A DNA stretch of 64,000 nucleotides, taken from the NCBI GenBank assembly GCA_934254925.1, contig CAKQMD010000001.1, forward strand, positions 13,266 to 77,265, written 5' to 3'. The stretch comes from an uncultured Alphaproteobacteria bacterium. GTDB lineage: Bacteria; Pseudomonadota; Alphaproteobacteria; RF32; CAG-239. A program made the position numbers and the translations under genes. Shown here piece by piece: positions 25,526 through 36,555 of this stretch; position 1 is the first letter of the stretch, and every line of letters begins with the position of its first letter. Below the pieces are notes generated by a model. The model saw nothing but the letters and a program-made list of their open reading frames with translations. It was not told where the DNA came from and did not search any database.

Positions 25526-26077
25526 TTATACCGCCGCGTTGACTTCTCCTTCCGAAGTTTCGGCGGTTTCCGTCGCAGTGTTTTTAAGGTTGCGGCGACG
25601 CGGGCCGCGACGTCCCGGCTGCTTGTTTTCCAAATGGTTTTCAATCAGTTCGGCGCGAGAATCGGCGGCGTTGATCTCAATAATCTTAAACTCTTTTTTT
25701 TCAGAAGTAAATTCCGGTTTGATGATTTCCGCAACGCGGAGATCGGCCGTCTGTTCCGCAGGCTGTTCACCCGCAGGCGCTTCCGCTTCCGGGCGGGTTT
25801 CGGTGTCACGAGCTTGTGCGGCAGCCTGGCGTTGGTTTTTCTTTTCATTGATCTCGGTAACGATTTTGCGATAATGCTCCGCATATTGACGGAAGGTCTC
25901 GGCAGCGACGTAATCGCCGTTGTTCAGGGCTTCTTTGGCCAACTCGTTGTATTTTTTTATCAGGTCAAGCGCCGTTCCGCAAACCTTTCCGGCCGGACTA
26001 ACGCTGTCAAATTTATAATTAAGGGAATAAATCGGATTATAATTGTTGTTACGAAATTTGTTATTCTGTTTTTTCAT
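25526..26077 (-). CDS. DUF4167-domain protein
   Basis: N-terminal NYKFDSVSPAGKVCGTALDLIKKYNELA... followed by a basic, low-complexity Ala/Glu/Arg-rich tail. This pattern is typical of the alphaproteobacterial DUF4167 family. Confidence 0.5.
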   Translation of the reverse strand: MKKQNNKFRNNNYNPIYSLNYKFDSVSPAGKVCGTALDLIKKYNELAKEALNNGDYVAAETFRQYAEHYRKIVTEINEKKNQRQAAAQARDTETRPEAEAPAGEQPAEQTADLRVAEIIKPEFTSEKKEFKIIEINAADSRAELIENHLENKQPGRRGPRRRNLKNTATETAETSEGEVNAAV

Positions 26078-26232
26078 ATATTCTATACCATAAATTCAGC
26101 CTCCGGAACTGCCGAAAGCGTGTGATTAAAATCAAAAGAAAGTTTTTAAGAAAAAAATCGGCCGCAGTTAACCTTAATTTGCCTCCGGCACCAAACTTTC
26201 GCCATATTAGCCATAATAATTATAAATGCAAA

Positions 26233-27090
26233 TCATTTTTGCAAAATTACACAACGGTCTATGCCGCCCAGATCTTTCAGGGTTTGCAGGTAGTATAGAC
26301 CGCAAGCGGTAAATATTTCCCTAACATCTTCGGCCTGACCAATCCCGACTTCCAGAAAAACCCTTCCGCCCGGACGAAGCACCTGCGGCACCACCACCGC
26401 CAGCCGACGATAATGCTCCAGGCCGTCAGCGCCGCCGTCCAGCGCGCCCAGAGGATCATGTTCCCTCACCTCCCGCGCCAAAGCGGCAATGTCCGCCGAA
26501 GGGATGTAAGGGGGGTTGGCAACGACCAAATCCACACCGCCCGGCGGCAAAAAGCTCCAATCCGTCGAAAACCAGCTGACACGATGGAACACAACTCGGT
26601 CTTCCACGCCTAAGCGCCGGCCGTTTTCCGTTGCAACACACAAGGCTGCCGCAGAAACGTCTATCCCGATGCCGTGCAATTGGGGGCAATCGGCCAGCAG
26701 AGACAACAAGATACACCCTGAACCGGTACCGAAATCCAACACCCATTCGGCTTCGGCCTCCGCGGCAAAAGCTGCGGCCGCTTCGACTAAAACCTCAGTG
26801 TCTGACCGCGGCGACAAAACGTCTTCATTGACTTTGAAATCATATTTATAAAAAGCCTTTTCCCCCAACAGCTTGTCCAACGGACAACCCTGCAGACGTG
26901 CGGCGGCCAAGGCCTCTGTCCGTTTTTCCTGTTCGGGCGACAAGTCGCGGGAAGAAAACGGCAATTCGCCGGGTTCACACTCCAAAACATGGGCCAACAG
27001 CAATTTGGCTTCCCAACGCGGGGAATCCAAATTATGATCCGCAAATAGCCGGCCCAAATCGTCTAACCGGCGTTTAAGTTCATTATTCAT
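26233..27090 (-). CDS. prmC: release-factor glutamine N5-methyltransferase
   Basis: SAM-binding LDFGTGSGC and the catalytic VVANPPY (NPPY) motif. Confidence 0.8.
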   Translation of the reverse strand: MNNELKRRLDDLGRLFADHNLDSPRWEAKLLLAHVLECEPGELPFSSRDLSPEQEKRTEALAAARLQGCPLDKLLGEKAFYKYDFKVNEDVLSPRSDTEVLVEAAAAFAAEAEAEWVLDFGTGSGCILLSLLADCPQLHGIGIDVSAAALCVATENGRRLGVEDRVVFHRVSWFSTDWSFLPPGGVDLVVANPPYIPSADIAALAREVREHDPLGALDGGADGLEHYRRLAVVVPQVLRPGGRVFLEVGIGQAEDVREIFTACGLYYLQTLKDLGGIDRCVILQK

Positions 27091-27096
27091 AAAAAA

Positions 27097-27303
27097 TTAC
27101 TGTTTCAACGAAATGTTTTGCCGCCGGGTCGCCTCAGAATAACGCAAGGTCAAATCATCTTTGTCGTCGCCGCGGATTTTCTTCAGCCGCATATCCATAC
27201 GCTGACGGAAGGAATCCATGCTCCAATAACCGTAAGGAACTGCCTTGACGGCTTCTTTTTCAGAGAGTGACAAAGTCGGTTGAGATGTCTTTTCCATCTT
27301 CAA
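27097..27303 (-). CDS. small hypothetical protein between rpoH and prmC
   Basis: 68-aa ORF co-oriented and tightly packed between rpoH and prmC. No motif. Confidence 0.3.
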   Translation of the reverse strand: MKMEKTSQPTLSLSEKEAVKAVPYGYWSMDSFRQRMDMRLKKIRGDDKDDLTLRYSEATRRQNISLKQ

Positions 27304-27347
27304 TTCCTTATGTTACGGGTTGTGTTTGTCTTTATATGATTAATATA

Positions 27348-28253
27348 TCATATTTCGGGTTTTAGTTCAAGCATCACCAAACTTTTCAATTTATCAAAAG
27401 CTTTTTTTTCAATTTGGCGGACACGTTCCCGGCTGATTTTAAATTTTGCTCCGATTTCTTCCAAAGTAACCGGATTTTCTACAAGCATACGATGACGAAT
27501 AATATACTGTTCACGGTCATCAAGAGCGGCAATGCATTTTTGCAGAATCTGATTCTTCAGACTCAACTCCTGCTTGCGAGAAAGATTTTCCTCTATATTT
27601 TGCTTTTTGTCAACAATAAAATCAATTTTTTCGTTTTCATCCTCATCCGAAACCGTGACATTCAAAGACTTGTCGCCGTTCAGACGATCGTTCATTTCCA
27701 CGACTTCTTTTTCGTCCACAACCAGCTCACGGGCAATTTCCTTGACGACGGAGGGCTCCAATGCCTTATTTTCATACAATCCCAGGCGGGCCTTGATGCG
27801 GTTCAAATTGTAGAACAGTTTTTTCTGCGCCGCGCGGGTTCCGATTTTGACCAAAGACCAGGAGCGCAGGATAAAGTCGTTAATGGCGGCGCGAATCCAC
27901 CAAATGGCATAAGTGGACAGACGCACTTTCTTGGCCAAGTCAAATTTTTTGACCGCCTGCATCAACCCGATATTGGCTTCGGAAACAAGGTCGGCCATCG
28001 GCAAGCCGTAACGTTTGTAGGTAAAGGCAATTTTAGCGGCCAGACGCAAATGCGAGGTAATGAGCTTTTGAGCGGCCTGCAAGTCTCCCTTTTGTTTAAA
28101 GGCTACGACCAGGCTGGTCTCTTCCTCTTCGCTCAAAACCGGAAATTTTTTGATTTTTTCAACATAAGAAACCAGGCTGTTATCATCTATAAGCGCCGGT
28201 AAATTTGATGTTTTTCTGACGACAAGTTCTGATCCGACCGCCATCTTTCTCAC
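27348..28253 (-). CDS. rpoH: RNA polymerase sigma-32 (heat-shock sigma factor RpoH)
   Basis: Sigma-70 regions 2-4 are present, including the RpoH-box-like QRKLFYNL segment and the region 4 HTH (TLEEIGAKFKISRERVRQIE). Confidence 0.9.
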   Translation of the reverse strand: MRKMAVGSELVVRKTSNLPALIDDNSLVSYVEKIKKFPVLSEEEETSLVVAFKQKGDLQAAQKLITSHLRLAAKIAFTYKRYGLPMADLVSEANIGLMQAVKKFDLAKKVRLSTYAIWWIRAAINDFILRSWSLVKIGTRAAQKKLFYNLNRIKARLGLYENKALEPSVVKEIARELVVDEKEVVEMNDRLNGDKSLNVTVSDEDENEKIDFIVDKKQNIEENLSRKQELSLKNQILQKCIAALDDREQYIIRHRMLVENPVTLEEIGAKFKISRERVRQIEKKAFDKLKSLVMLELKPEI

Positions 28254-28332
28254 GACCTTTCAGTTTTTTTCAAACAGGTAATAATGTAATGATTCTATAG
28301 TTAAAAATCAATAGTTTTATGCACAGTTTTTT

Positions 28333-28773
28333 TTAAAAAGAAACGCCGAAATCGTTGCCGCCGTCCAAAGGCGAGATGAAGTTGATAATATCGGCGTACC
28401 AACCGTCCTTTTGTTTGAAAATCAGCAAATATACCGGGATTTTCAAAGACGAAGTGACGCTGCGGCACAGGCGCAGTTCCTGATCCGTCAGCCCGTCATT
28501 GATTTTGCGGGCCGTCAGCCGGTCGGCGACGGCATAGCTTTCCTGCGGCAAAAAGCCGGCAATATCCTCTTCTTCAAACGAATGAAGATTCTTGCGCAGG
28601 AGTATCCGGCGCCGGCGCGTGATCAGGTTTGACGCCGGATGTTCCTCATAATAGGCGGAAATTTTGTTTTCAACCGCCGCCATCAGGGCCGAATCATCAC
28701 AAGACGGCAGCTCTGCCGCCTTCAACGGCAGGCTCCAACAACACAACCCCAACAGCAGCAGTATTTTTTTCAT
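28333..28773 (-). CDS. secreted hypothetical protein
   Basis: Signal peptide MKKILLLLGLCCWSLPLKA. 146 aa. No recognisable domain. Confidence 0.45.
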   Translation of the reverse strand: MKKILLLLGLCCWSLPLKAAELPSCDDSALMAAVENKISAYYEEHPASNLITRRRRILLRKNLHSFEEEDIAGFLPQESYAVADRLTARKINDGLTDQELRLCRSVTSSLKIPVYLLIFKQKDGWYADIINFISPLDGGNDFGVSF

Positions 28774-28783
28774 GGCAAATTCC

Positions 28784-30187
28784 TTAAAAATTAATGGAAT
28801 TGGGTGTTCTTGGGAAAGGAATCACGTCTCTGATGTTGCCGATGCCGGTCACCAACATCATCATCCGCTCAAACCCCAGACCGAAACCGGCATGGGGCAC
28901 CGAACCGTAACGGCGCGAATCGAGATACCATTCGTAGTCTTCCTCGCGCATGCCGCATTCTTTGATTTTGGCCAACAAAACGTCCAGACGTTCCTCACGC
29001 TGGGAACCGCCGATCAACTCACCGATCCGCGGGACCAAAACATCCATGGCGGCGACGGTTTTGCCGTCATCGTTCAGGCGCATGTAAAAAGCCTTGATCT
29101 CTTTCGGATAATCGCGGACAATCACCGGTCGGCGGAAATGCTCTTCGGCCAGATAACGTTCATGCTCGGTCTGCAGGTCAATACCGTATTCCGGCGCATA
29201 TTCGAACTTATGGCCCGATTTTTTCATGATCTCGATCGCTTCGGTATAAGTGATGCGGGCAAAGCCGTTGTTGATAATATTGTTCAGCGTCTCTTTGAGA
29301 GTCGGGTCGACAAATTTTTCAAACAGCTCGATGTCGTCCGGGCATTTTTCCATCACATGTCTGACGCAATAGCGCACCATGTCTTCGGCCAGATCCATAT
29401 CGTCATAAATGTCGGCGAAGGCCATTTCGGGCTCAATCATCCAAAATTCGGCGGCATGACGGGTAGTATTGGAGTTTTCGGCGCGAAAAGTCGGGCCGAA
29501 AGTGTAAATATCACCAAGCCCCATGGCGTACATTTCGCCGTTTAACTGTCCGGAAACCGTTAAATGCGCCTCTTTTCCGAAGAAATCCCGGCTATAGTCG
29601 ACCTTGCCGTCTTTGGTCAGGGGCAGGTTTTCAAGATCCAGCGTCGTCACGCGAAACATTTCGCCGGCGCCTTCGCAATCGGAACCGGTAATCAGCGGCG
29701 TATGGACATAGCGAAAACCACGATCGTTGAAAAACTTATGAATGGCAAAGGACAGTTCCGAACGAATCCGAAAAGCGGCGCCGTATTTATTGGTCCGCGG
29801 CCGCAAATGCGCGATGCTGCGCAGGTATTCGTCGGTATGTTTTTTCTTTTGCAGCGGGTAGCTTTCATCGGCGATTTGATAAATCTCGATCTTGCGGGCA
29901 ACAATTTCATATTTTTGAGCGCCGCCTTTGGACTCCACCAAAGCGCCCGTCACCGCCAGAGAGGAACCGGTGGTGAGTTTTTTGACGTCTTCATAGTTGG
30001 AGAGATTGTTATTGGCAATGACCTGGATATTTTTCAAACCGGAACCGTCGTTCACTTCTATGAACGAAAAATCTTTTGAATCGCGCCGAGTTCTGACCCA
30101 GCCTTTTACTAAAACCTCTTCCAGCGGATGTTCCGCTTTCAGAAGCGCAGCAACTTTAGTTCTCTTCAACATTATTAACTTCCTCAA
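28784..30187 (-). CDS. asnS: asparagine--tRNA ligase
   Basis: 467 aa. Class-II aaRS motifs (FRAE, GLGFERM), an N-terminal OB anticodon-binding domain, and a length typical of AsnRS. Confidence 0.85.
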   Translation of the reverse strand: MRKLIMLKRTKVAALLKAEHPLEEVLVKGWVRTRRDSKDFSFIEVNDGSGLKNIQVIANNNLSNYEDVKKLTTGSSLAVTGALVESKGGAQKYEIVARKIEIYQIADESYPLQKKKHTDEYLRSIAHLRPRTNKYGAAFRIRSELSFAIHKFFNDRGFRYVHTPLITGSDCEGAGEMFRVTTLDLENLPLTKDGKVDYSRDFFGKEAHLTVSGQLNGEMYAMGLGDIYTFGPTFRAENSNTTRHAAEFWMIEPEMAFADIYDDMDLAEDMVRYCVRHVMEKCPDDIELFEKFVDPTLKETLNNIINNGFARITYTEAIEIMKKSGHKFEYAPEYGIDLQTEHERYLAEEHFRRPVIVRDYPKEIKAFYMRLNDDGKTVAAMDVLVPRIGELIGGSQREERLDVLLAKIKECGMREEDYEWYLDSRRYGSVPHAGFGLGFERMMMLVTGIGNIRDVIPFPRTPNSINF

Positions 30188-30322
30188 TTTATTATTTTAT
30201 CCAAGGATTATTACCAATAATCCGAGAGATCATACATCACGAATCTTTAATTGTCCAGCATTGACAATTGATAATCAACGTATTAATTTAAGCATAATAA
30301 TTGTTTTAACCGGAGATTTTGA

Positions 30323-30787
30323 TTGATGAAAAAACTTGCCCTTTTATTAGCTTTTCCCCTTGCTTTGATGCTGAATGCCTGTACGTCCAACATCGGCGCC
30401 AACCAGTATTCCACCTCGGCAACCGGAGAAGTCAACCGTGCGCTTAAAGGAACGGTCGTCAGCGTTCGGGCCGTGACGGTGCAAAGCAACAACAACGCCG
30501 GTATGTTAATCGGCGGCGCAGCCGGCGGTGTGGCCGGATCAACCATCGGCGGCGGCGACACGGCTCACATTCTCGGAGCCATCGGCGGAGCCGTCCTTGG
30601 CGGAATTGCCGGTGACGCGGCTCAAAACCAACTTTCCAAACAAGGTGGTTATGAATATGTGATTGAACTGGACAACGGTTCCATGGTCACCATTACGCAG
30701 GGAACGGATGTTTTGCTCAGCCCGGGGCAGAGATGTCTGGTTCTTTACGGTAAACAGGCCCGCGTTGTTCCCTACAACGGAATTTAG
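30323..30787 (+). CDS. glycine-zipper (17-kDa-antigen-like) outer-membrane lipoprotein
   Basis: Lipobox LNAC. Long Gly/Ala zipper (GGAAGGVAGSTIGGGDTAHILGAIGGAVLGGIAGD). Confidence 0.65.
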   Translation: MMKKLALLLAFPLALMLNACTSNIGANQYSTSATGEVNRALKGTVVSVRAVTVQSNNNAGMLIGGAAGGVAGSTIGGGDTAHILGAIGGAVLGGIAGDAAQNQLSKQGGYEYVIELDNGSMVTITQGTDVLLSPGQRCLVLYGKQARVVPYNGI

Positions 30788-30795
30788 AAGACAGA

Positions 30796-30819
30796 CCTCC
30801 CTTCGGGGAGGTTTTTTTG
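30796..30819 (+). terminator. rho-independent terminator
   Basis: cctcccttcggggagg hairpin plus ttttttt. Confidence 0.6.
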
Positions 30820-30884
30820 GGGCTTGATTCCACAGAACAAATCCGCTAAAATTGGAAACAATAAAAAATTAAAAAGATATAATT

Positions 30885-31316
30885 ATGAGCACAACACTTT
30901 ATTTTTTGCCCCGGCCGGACGCCTCTTTGTCTTTGCTTCCCGCTTTTGTTCTTCGGGACGGACAAGCAACGGAAGGATTTGTTTGCAACAATCCCAAGGC
31001 GGCCCGCTCTGCGCTTTTGATGATGCCCTCGCTTAACAGCGGCCACGGGGATTGTCTGTGTCGGTTACATCTTTTCGGTTATGAACTGAAAGAAGCCGTT
31101 CAGCTTTTCACCAGGACTTTTCTTTTGTTGAAAAACGAGGGAACGAAAATTTTCGATCTTTTGTTTTATAAAGAATCGCCCCAAAGCGTCATCGTTGAAT
31201 TTATGATGGAAAAAGACATTGCCAAATGGCTATATGCCTATAATGAGCTGATTTGGCTTTTGCGACGACAAACCAGCGAAAGCAAACACTGCCGCGAGGA
31301 AATTGTCAAATTATAA
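30885..31316 (+). CDS. hypothetical protein
   Basis: 143-aa ORF ending at the bidirectional hairpin at 31320. No motif. Confidence 0.35.
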   Translation: MSTTLYFLPRPDASLSLLPAFVLRDGQATEGFVCNNPKAARSALLMMPSLNSGHGDCLCRLHLFGYELKEAVQLFTRTFLLLKNEGTKIFDLLFYKESPQSVIVEFMMEKDIAKWLYAYNELIWLLRRQTSESKHCREEIVKL

Positions 31317-31319
31317 AAA

Positions 31320-31338
31320 AGGCCGGAAATTCCGGCCT
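31320..31338. terminator. bidirectional terminator hairpin
   Basis: aggccggaaattccggcct flanked by an A-run and a T-run. Confidence 0.55.
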
Positions 31339-31344
31339 TTTGTT

Positions 31345-31968
31345 TTAGATCAGCCCCATTTTTTGGGCAATAATCACTGCTTGCGTTCGATTGGTGGCGC
31401 CGACGGAACGCAGAAGCGCGTTGATGTGCAGCTTGACTGTGGCCTCTGAAACGCCCATTTTGAAAGCAATCTGCTTGTTGGACATTCCCTCGGCCACAAA
31501 GCCCAAGACTTCCGCCTGACGATTGGTCAGGGTTTTGCCGCGGGTTTTGTTCTCGTTGCCGCTGGAAGAATTTCCCTCCAGCAGTGCGGGCGGCAAATAG
31601 GTTCCGCCGTCCAAAATCAGCTTGAGGGCACCGTTTAAGATCTTGGTCTCAATTCTTTTGGGAATGTAGCCGGCGATCCCCTTGTCCAACACTTTGCGGA
31701 TGCTTTTGATATCTTCCGTTGCAGAAACAACGACAAAACGAGCACCGGTAGCGTTTTTCTGAATCGCATCCAGGCCTTCTTCCCATTTCATGTCCGGCAT
31801 ATCCAGATCCAAAATGGCCAGATCGACCTTGTTTTCTTCCAAAATCTTCAAGGCCTGAGAATAAGTTCCGGCCTGAAGAATGACGGCATCGGGCACTATT
31901 TTTTCAAGCTGCAGGCTTAAACCGTCGCGAAACAAGGCGTGATCGTCAGCAATCAGAATTTTCATCAT
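31345..31968 (-). CDS. two-component response regulator, NarL/FixJ (LuxR-HTH) family
   Basis: REC domain (ILIADDHALFRDGL; phospho-acceptor D in LAILDLDMPD) and a C-terminal LuxR HTH (LTNRQAEVLGFVAEGMSNKQIA). Confidence 0.85.
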   Translation of the reverse strand: MMKILIADDHALFRDGLSLQLEKIVPDAVILQAGTYSQALKILEENKVDLAILDLDMPDMKWEEGLDAIQKNATGARFVVVSATEDIKSIRKVLDKGIAGYIPKRIETKILNGALKLILDGGTYLPPALLEGNSSSGNENKTRGKTLTNRQAEVLGFVAEGMSNKQIAFKMGVSEATVKLHINALLRSVGATNRTQAVIIAQKMGLI

Positions 31969-32057
31969 TATCTCCTGTAAACCGGTAAAATACTCAAATT
32001 TCCCCGCATGATCTCTGCGGAGACTTAGCTTTAAGTTCTATATAATACCTGTTTTTT

Positions 32058-32519
32058 TTATTTTAAAGGTAAGATTTTATATTCTATGCCTGCTTCTTTG
32101 AACATCTGTTCGGAATAGGCCAGTTTGTCGCGCCAGGTGGGATCTTTGATGTCCGGCCGAGGCTCGACGGCATGGGTCACCACCATTTTTATGCCCGATT
32201 GGATGATGGCGCGGGCGCAATCGGTACAGGGCGCATGCGTGGCATAAAGCACGCAGCCTTTCAAGGAGGTTCCGGTCAGGCAGGCGTTATAAATCGCGTT
32301 ACGCTCAGCATGTTCAAAAAAATCATATTTCGTCGGGCGTTCCATACGTTCGGGCTTGTCGTCGTCCACGCCGCGAACCAGGCCGTTGTATCCGGTGGCG
32401 CGAATTTCCCTGTCCGGACCGACAACCACGGCGCCGGTTTTCGTCGACGGGTCCTTGGACCAACCGGCCACCAGTTCCGCCACTTCCATAAAGCGCTGAT
32501 GCCATTTATCCGAAAACAT
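32058..32519 (-). CDS. dCMP deaminase (cytidine/deoxycytidylate deaminase family)
   Basis: HAE...PCTDCA zinc-binding motifs. I prefer the start at 32519, which has an AAGGAGG RBS, over the longer track ORF. Confidence 0.7.
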   Translation of the reverse strand: MFSDKWHQRFMEVAELVAGWSKDPSTKTGAVVVGPDREIRATGYNGLVRGVDDDKPERMERPTKYDFFEHAERNAIYNACLTGTSLKGCVLYATHAPCTDCARAIIQSGIKMVVTHAVEPRPDIKDPTWRDKLAYSEQMFKEAGIEYKILPLK

Positions 32520-32689
32520 GCTTTTTCTCCTTCCTTGGTTTGACTTTTTCAAATTTAGACCCGTTTCAAAAATCTGACAAGAGCTTTTCTAACCAGTCCT
32601 GCATTTTTATTAGAAAAATAAGTTAGTAAGACTTGACATTATCTTAAATATGAACGATTTTAGGAGCAGTGCTTTTTATAATTTATTAG

Positions 32690-34009
<1,320 letters not shown>

Positions 34010-34028
34010 ACGCTGCTGTTTTCTAAAA

Positions 34029-34056
34029 AAGAACTCCGCATAAAATGCGGAGTTCT
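34029..34056. terminator. bidirectional terminator between eno and glyA
   Basis: aagaactccgcat-aaa-atgcggagttctt hairpin, A-run / T-run on both sides. Confidence 0.6.
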
Positions 34057-34080
34057 TTTTTGTCATCTGACATTAATTTT

Positions 34081-35343
34081 TTACAAATCTCCATAGATGG
34101 GAAAACGCCGACACAAGGCGATGGCTTTTTCCTTAACTTCGGCAATCACGGAATCGGCATTCCCCGCAGCCAAAGCGTCAACAACGTCACCGATCCATTG
34201 GCCGATCATCTCAAATTCCGCCTCTTTAAAACCGCGCGTTGTGCCGGCCGGCGTTCCCAGCCGAATGCCGGAAGTGATTTTCGGCGGCATCGGATCAAAA
34301 GGAATGGCATTTTTATTGCCGGTCATATTCGCCCGCTCCAAAGCCTGAGCCACGACGTCTCCGGTCAGGTTCTTCGGCCGCAGATCGACCAAAAGCAAAT
34401 GCGTATCCGTTCCGCCGGAAACCAAATCCAGTCCCCGCTTTTTTAACGTTTCTCCCAAGATTTTGGCATTTTTCACCACTTGCGCCGCATAATTTTTAAA
34501 TTCCGGCGTCAGATCTTCGCCAAAGCAGACGGCTTTTCCGGCAATCACATGCATCAGAGGCCCGCCCTGGGTTCCGGGAAAGATAGCGGAATCTATCTTT
34601 TTAGCAATTTCGCCGTTGTTGGTTAAAATCATGCCGCCGCGAGGGCCGCGCAGCGTCTTGTGCGTCGTGGTGGTCACCACGTCGGCATAAGGCAATGGAT
34701 TGGGATGGACGCCGCCGGCAACCAAACCGGCAAAATGAGCCATATCGACCATCAGATAAGCACCGCAGGCATCTGCAATCTGCCGAAAACGGGCAAAATC
34801 AATTTGACGAGGATAAGCCGATCCACCGGCAATGATCAATTTGGGCTGATGCTCTTCAGCCAAGCGTTCGACCTCTTCATAATCAATCAGGCCGTCTTCT
34901 TTTCGCACTCCGTATTGCACGGACTTCAGCCATTTTCCCGAGACGGAAACTTTAGAGCCGTGAGTCAAGTGTCCCCCCGCATCCAAAGACATACCGAGAA
35001 TTGTGTCACAAGGCTGCAAAAGCGCAACATAGACCGCGGTATTGGCCTGACTTCCGGAATGCGGCTGCACATTTACATAAGCAGCGTTAAAAAGTTTTTT
35101 TGCCCGTTCGATGGCCAAGATTTCCACTTTGTCGACAAACTCGCATCCGCCATAATAGCGCTTGGCAGGATAACCTTCGGCGTATTTGTTGGTCAGAATC
35201 GACCCCTGCGCCTGCAAAACGGCTTTGGAAACAATATTTTCGGAAGCAATCAGTTCAATCTGATTTTGCTGCCGTTCCAATTCCTGAGCAATTGCCGAAA
35301 AAACAGCCTCATCTTCATCTTTCAAATTTTTGGTAAAATCCAT
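34081..35343 (-). CDS. glyA: serine hydroxymethyltransferase
   Basis: 420 aa. The PLP-lysine region [14 protein letters not shown] is canonical SHMT. Confidence 0.95.
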   Translation of the reverse strand: MDFTKNLKDEDEAVFSAIAQELERQQNQIELIASENIVSKAVLQAQGSILTNKYAEGYPAKRYYGGCEFVDKVEILAIERAKKLFNAAYVNVQPHSGSQANTAVYVALLQPCDTILGMSLDAGGHLTHGSKVSVSGKWLKSVQYGVRKEDGLIDYEEVERLAEEHQPKLIIAGGSAYPRQIDFARFRQIADACGAYLMVDMAHFAGLVAGGVHPNPLPYADVVTTTTHKTLRGPRGGMILTNNGEIAKKIDSAIFPGTQGGPLMHVIAGKAVCFGEDLTPEFKNYAAQVVKNAKILGETLKKRGLDLVSGGTDTHLLLVDLRPKNLTGDVVAQALERANMTGNKNAIPFDPMPPKITSGIRLGTPAGTTRGFKEAEFEMIGQWIGDVVDALAAGNADSVIAEVKEKAIALCRRFPIYGDL

Positions 35344-35361
35344 CTGTTTCAGTCCTTTCCA

Positions 35362-35790
35362 TCATAGGTCAAGCTTTTCGATTCGGCGGAGATGCCTGCC
35401 GCCCTCAAATTCTGTTTTTAAAAAGATATCCACATATCGTGCGGCATCTTCCGGCGAAATCACGCGGCCGCCCAAGGCAATGATATTGGCATCATTGTGT
35501 TTGCGGGACATTTCCGCCGTATAGTCGTTATAAACCAAAGCGGCTCGAATCCCCTTATAACGATTAGCAGCCATTGAAATTCCGATTCCGGTACCGCAGA
35601 TCAGAATCCCCCTGTCGGCAGCGCCGGACTTGATTTTATCCACCATAATTTTGGCAATGTCGGGATAATCGCAAGACTCCCCGCAGAAAGCCCCCAAATC
35701 CTGCAAAACAAGACCTTGTTTTTCATAGTGTTTTTTCAGATTTTCCTTAAGCTCGTATCCGCCGTGATCCGAAGCGATGGCAACTTTCAT
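35362..35790 (-). CDS. rpiB: ribose-5-phosphate isomerase B
   Basis: 142 aa. MKVAIASDHGG ... LICGTGIG motifs of the RpiB/LacAB family. Confidence 0.85.
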   Translation of the reverse strand: MKVAIASDHGGYELKENLKKHYEKQGLVLQDLGAFCGESCDYPDIAKIMVDKIKSGAADRGILICGTGIGISMAANRYKGIRAALVYNDYTAEMSRKHNDANIIALGGRVISPEDAARYVDIFLKTEFEGGRHLRRIEKLDL

Positions 35791-35949
35791 AATCGGGTCC
35801 TCCTTCTAAAATTCTTCAGCCTCGGCTATGATATAACATCAGACGGATAAAAAAAGAAGTTTTTTTGCATTTTCATAAAAAAAGTTATTGACGGCGGAGA
35901 AAAAATTTGTATATATATGGAACTACCGAATGAGAGCGGTATTGTGAAC

Positions 35950-36024
35950 GGCCGGTTGGCAGAGTGGCTCATGCAGAGGACTGCAAATCCTTGTACATCG
36001 GTTCAATTCCGGTACCGGCCTCCA
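35950..36024 (+). tRNA. tRNA-Cys (anticodon GCA)
   Basis: Acceptor ggccggt/accggcc, anticodon stem gagga/tcctt with loop ctGCAaa, T-arm ggttcaattcc, CCA encoded. Confidence 0.85.
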
Positions 36025-36032
36025 AAATATAT

Positions 36033-36107
36033 TCCGGCTTAGCTCAGCGGTAGAGCAATCGGCTGTTAACCGATTGGTCGCCTGTTCGAATCAGGCAGCC
36101 GGAGCCA
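36033..36107 (+). tRNA. tRNA-Asn (anticodon GTT)
   Basis: Acceptor tccggct/agccgga, anticodon stem atcgg/ccgat with loop ctGTTaa, T-arm cctgttcgaatcagg, CCA encoded. Confidence 0.85.
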
Positions 36108-36115
36108 ATAAAAAA

Positions 36116-36139
36116 AGCACCTGTCAAGGTGCTTTTTTT
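36116..36139 (+). terminator. rho-independent terminator of the tRNA-Cys/tRNA-Asn transcription unit
   Basis: agcacct-gtca-aggtgct hairpin followed by ttttttt. Confidence 0.6.
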
Positions 36140-36530
36140 ATTGGCTTTGACTTTCTGGGCGAGCGGCGACCAAGGGAGCCTGTTTGAACTATGGGGCGCA
36201 AGCGCGCCTTCGGCCGTGCGATGCGCCGGAACAGTCGGCAACGAGCAAACCCATTGTTTGCGAGTTGTCAATCAGGCAGCCGGTTTCCTTATCTCACGCA
36301 CCTTAATAGGTGCTTTTTTTTTATTGGTTTTGGCTTTCTGGGCAAGCGGCGACCAAGGGAGCCTGTTTGAACTGTGGGGCGCAAGCGCGCCTTTGACCGG
36401 GCGATGCGCCGGAACAGTCGGCAACGAGCAAACCCGTTGTTTGCGAGTTGTCAATCAGGCAGCCGGTCTCCTTATCTCACACACCTTGATAGGTTCTTTT
36501 TTATTGCCTTTGACTTTCTGGGCGAGCGGC
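36140..36530. repeat. tandem direct repeat (~183-bp period, ~2.1 copies) duplicating the tRNA-Asn 3'-flank
   Basis: Unit 1 at 36140-36322 and unit 2 at 36323-36503 are ~90% identical. A third truncated copy follows. Each unit carries tcaatcaggcagccgg (15/19 match to the tRNA-Asn 3' end) followed by a gcacctt-aat-aggtgc plus T-run hairpin. Confidence 0.8.
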
Positions 36531-36555
36531 GCGGCCTTCATACTTGGGCGGCAGT

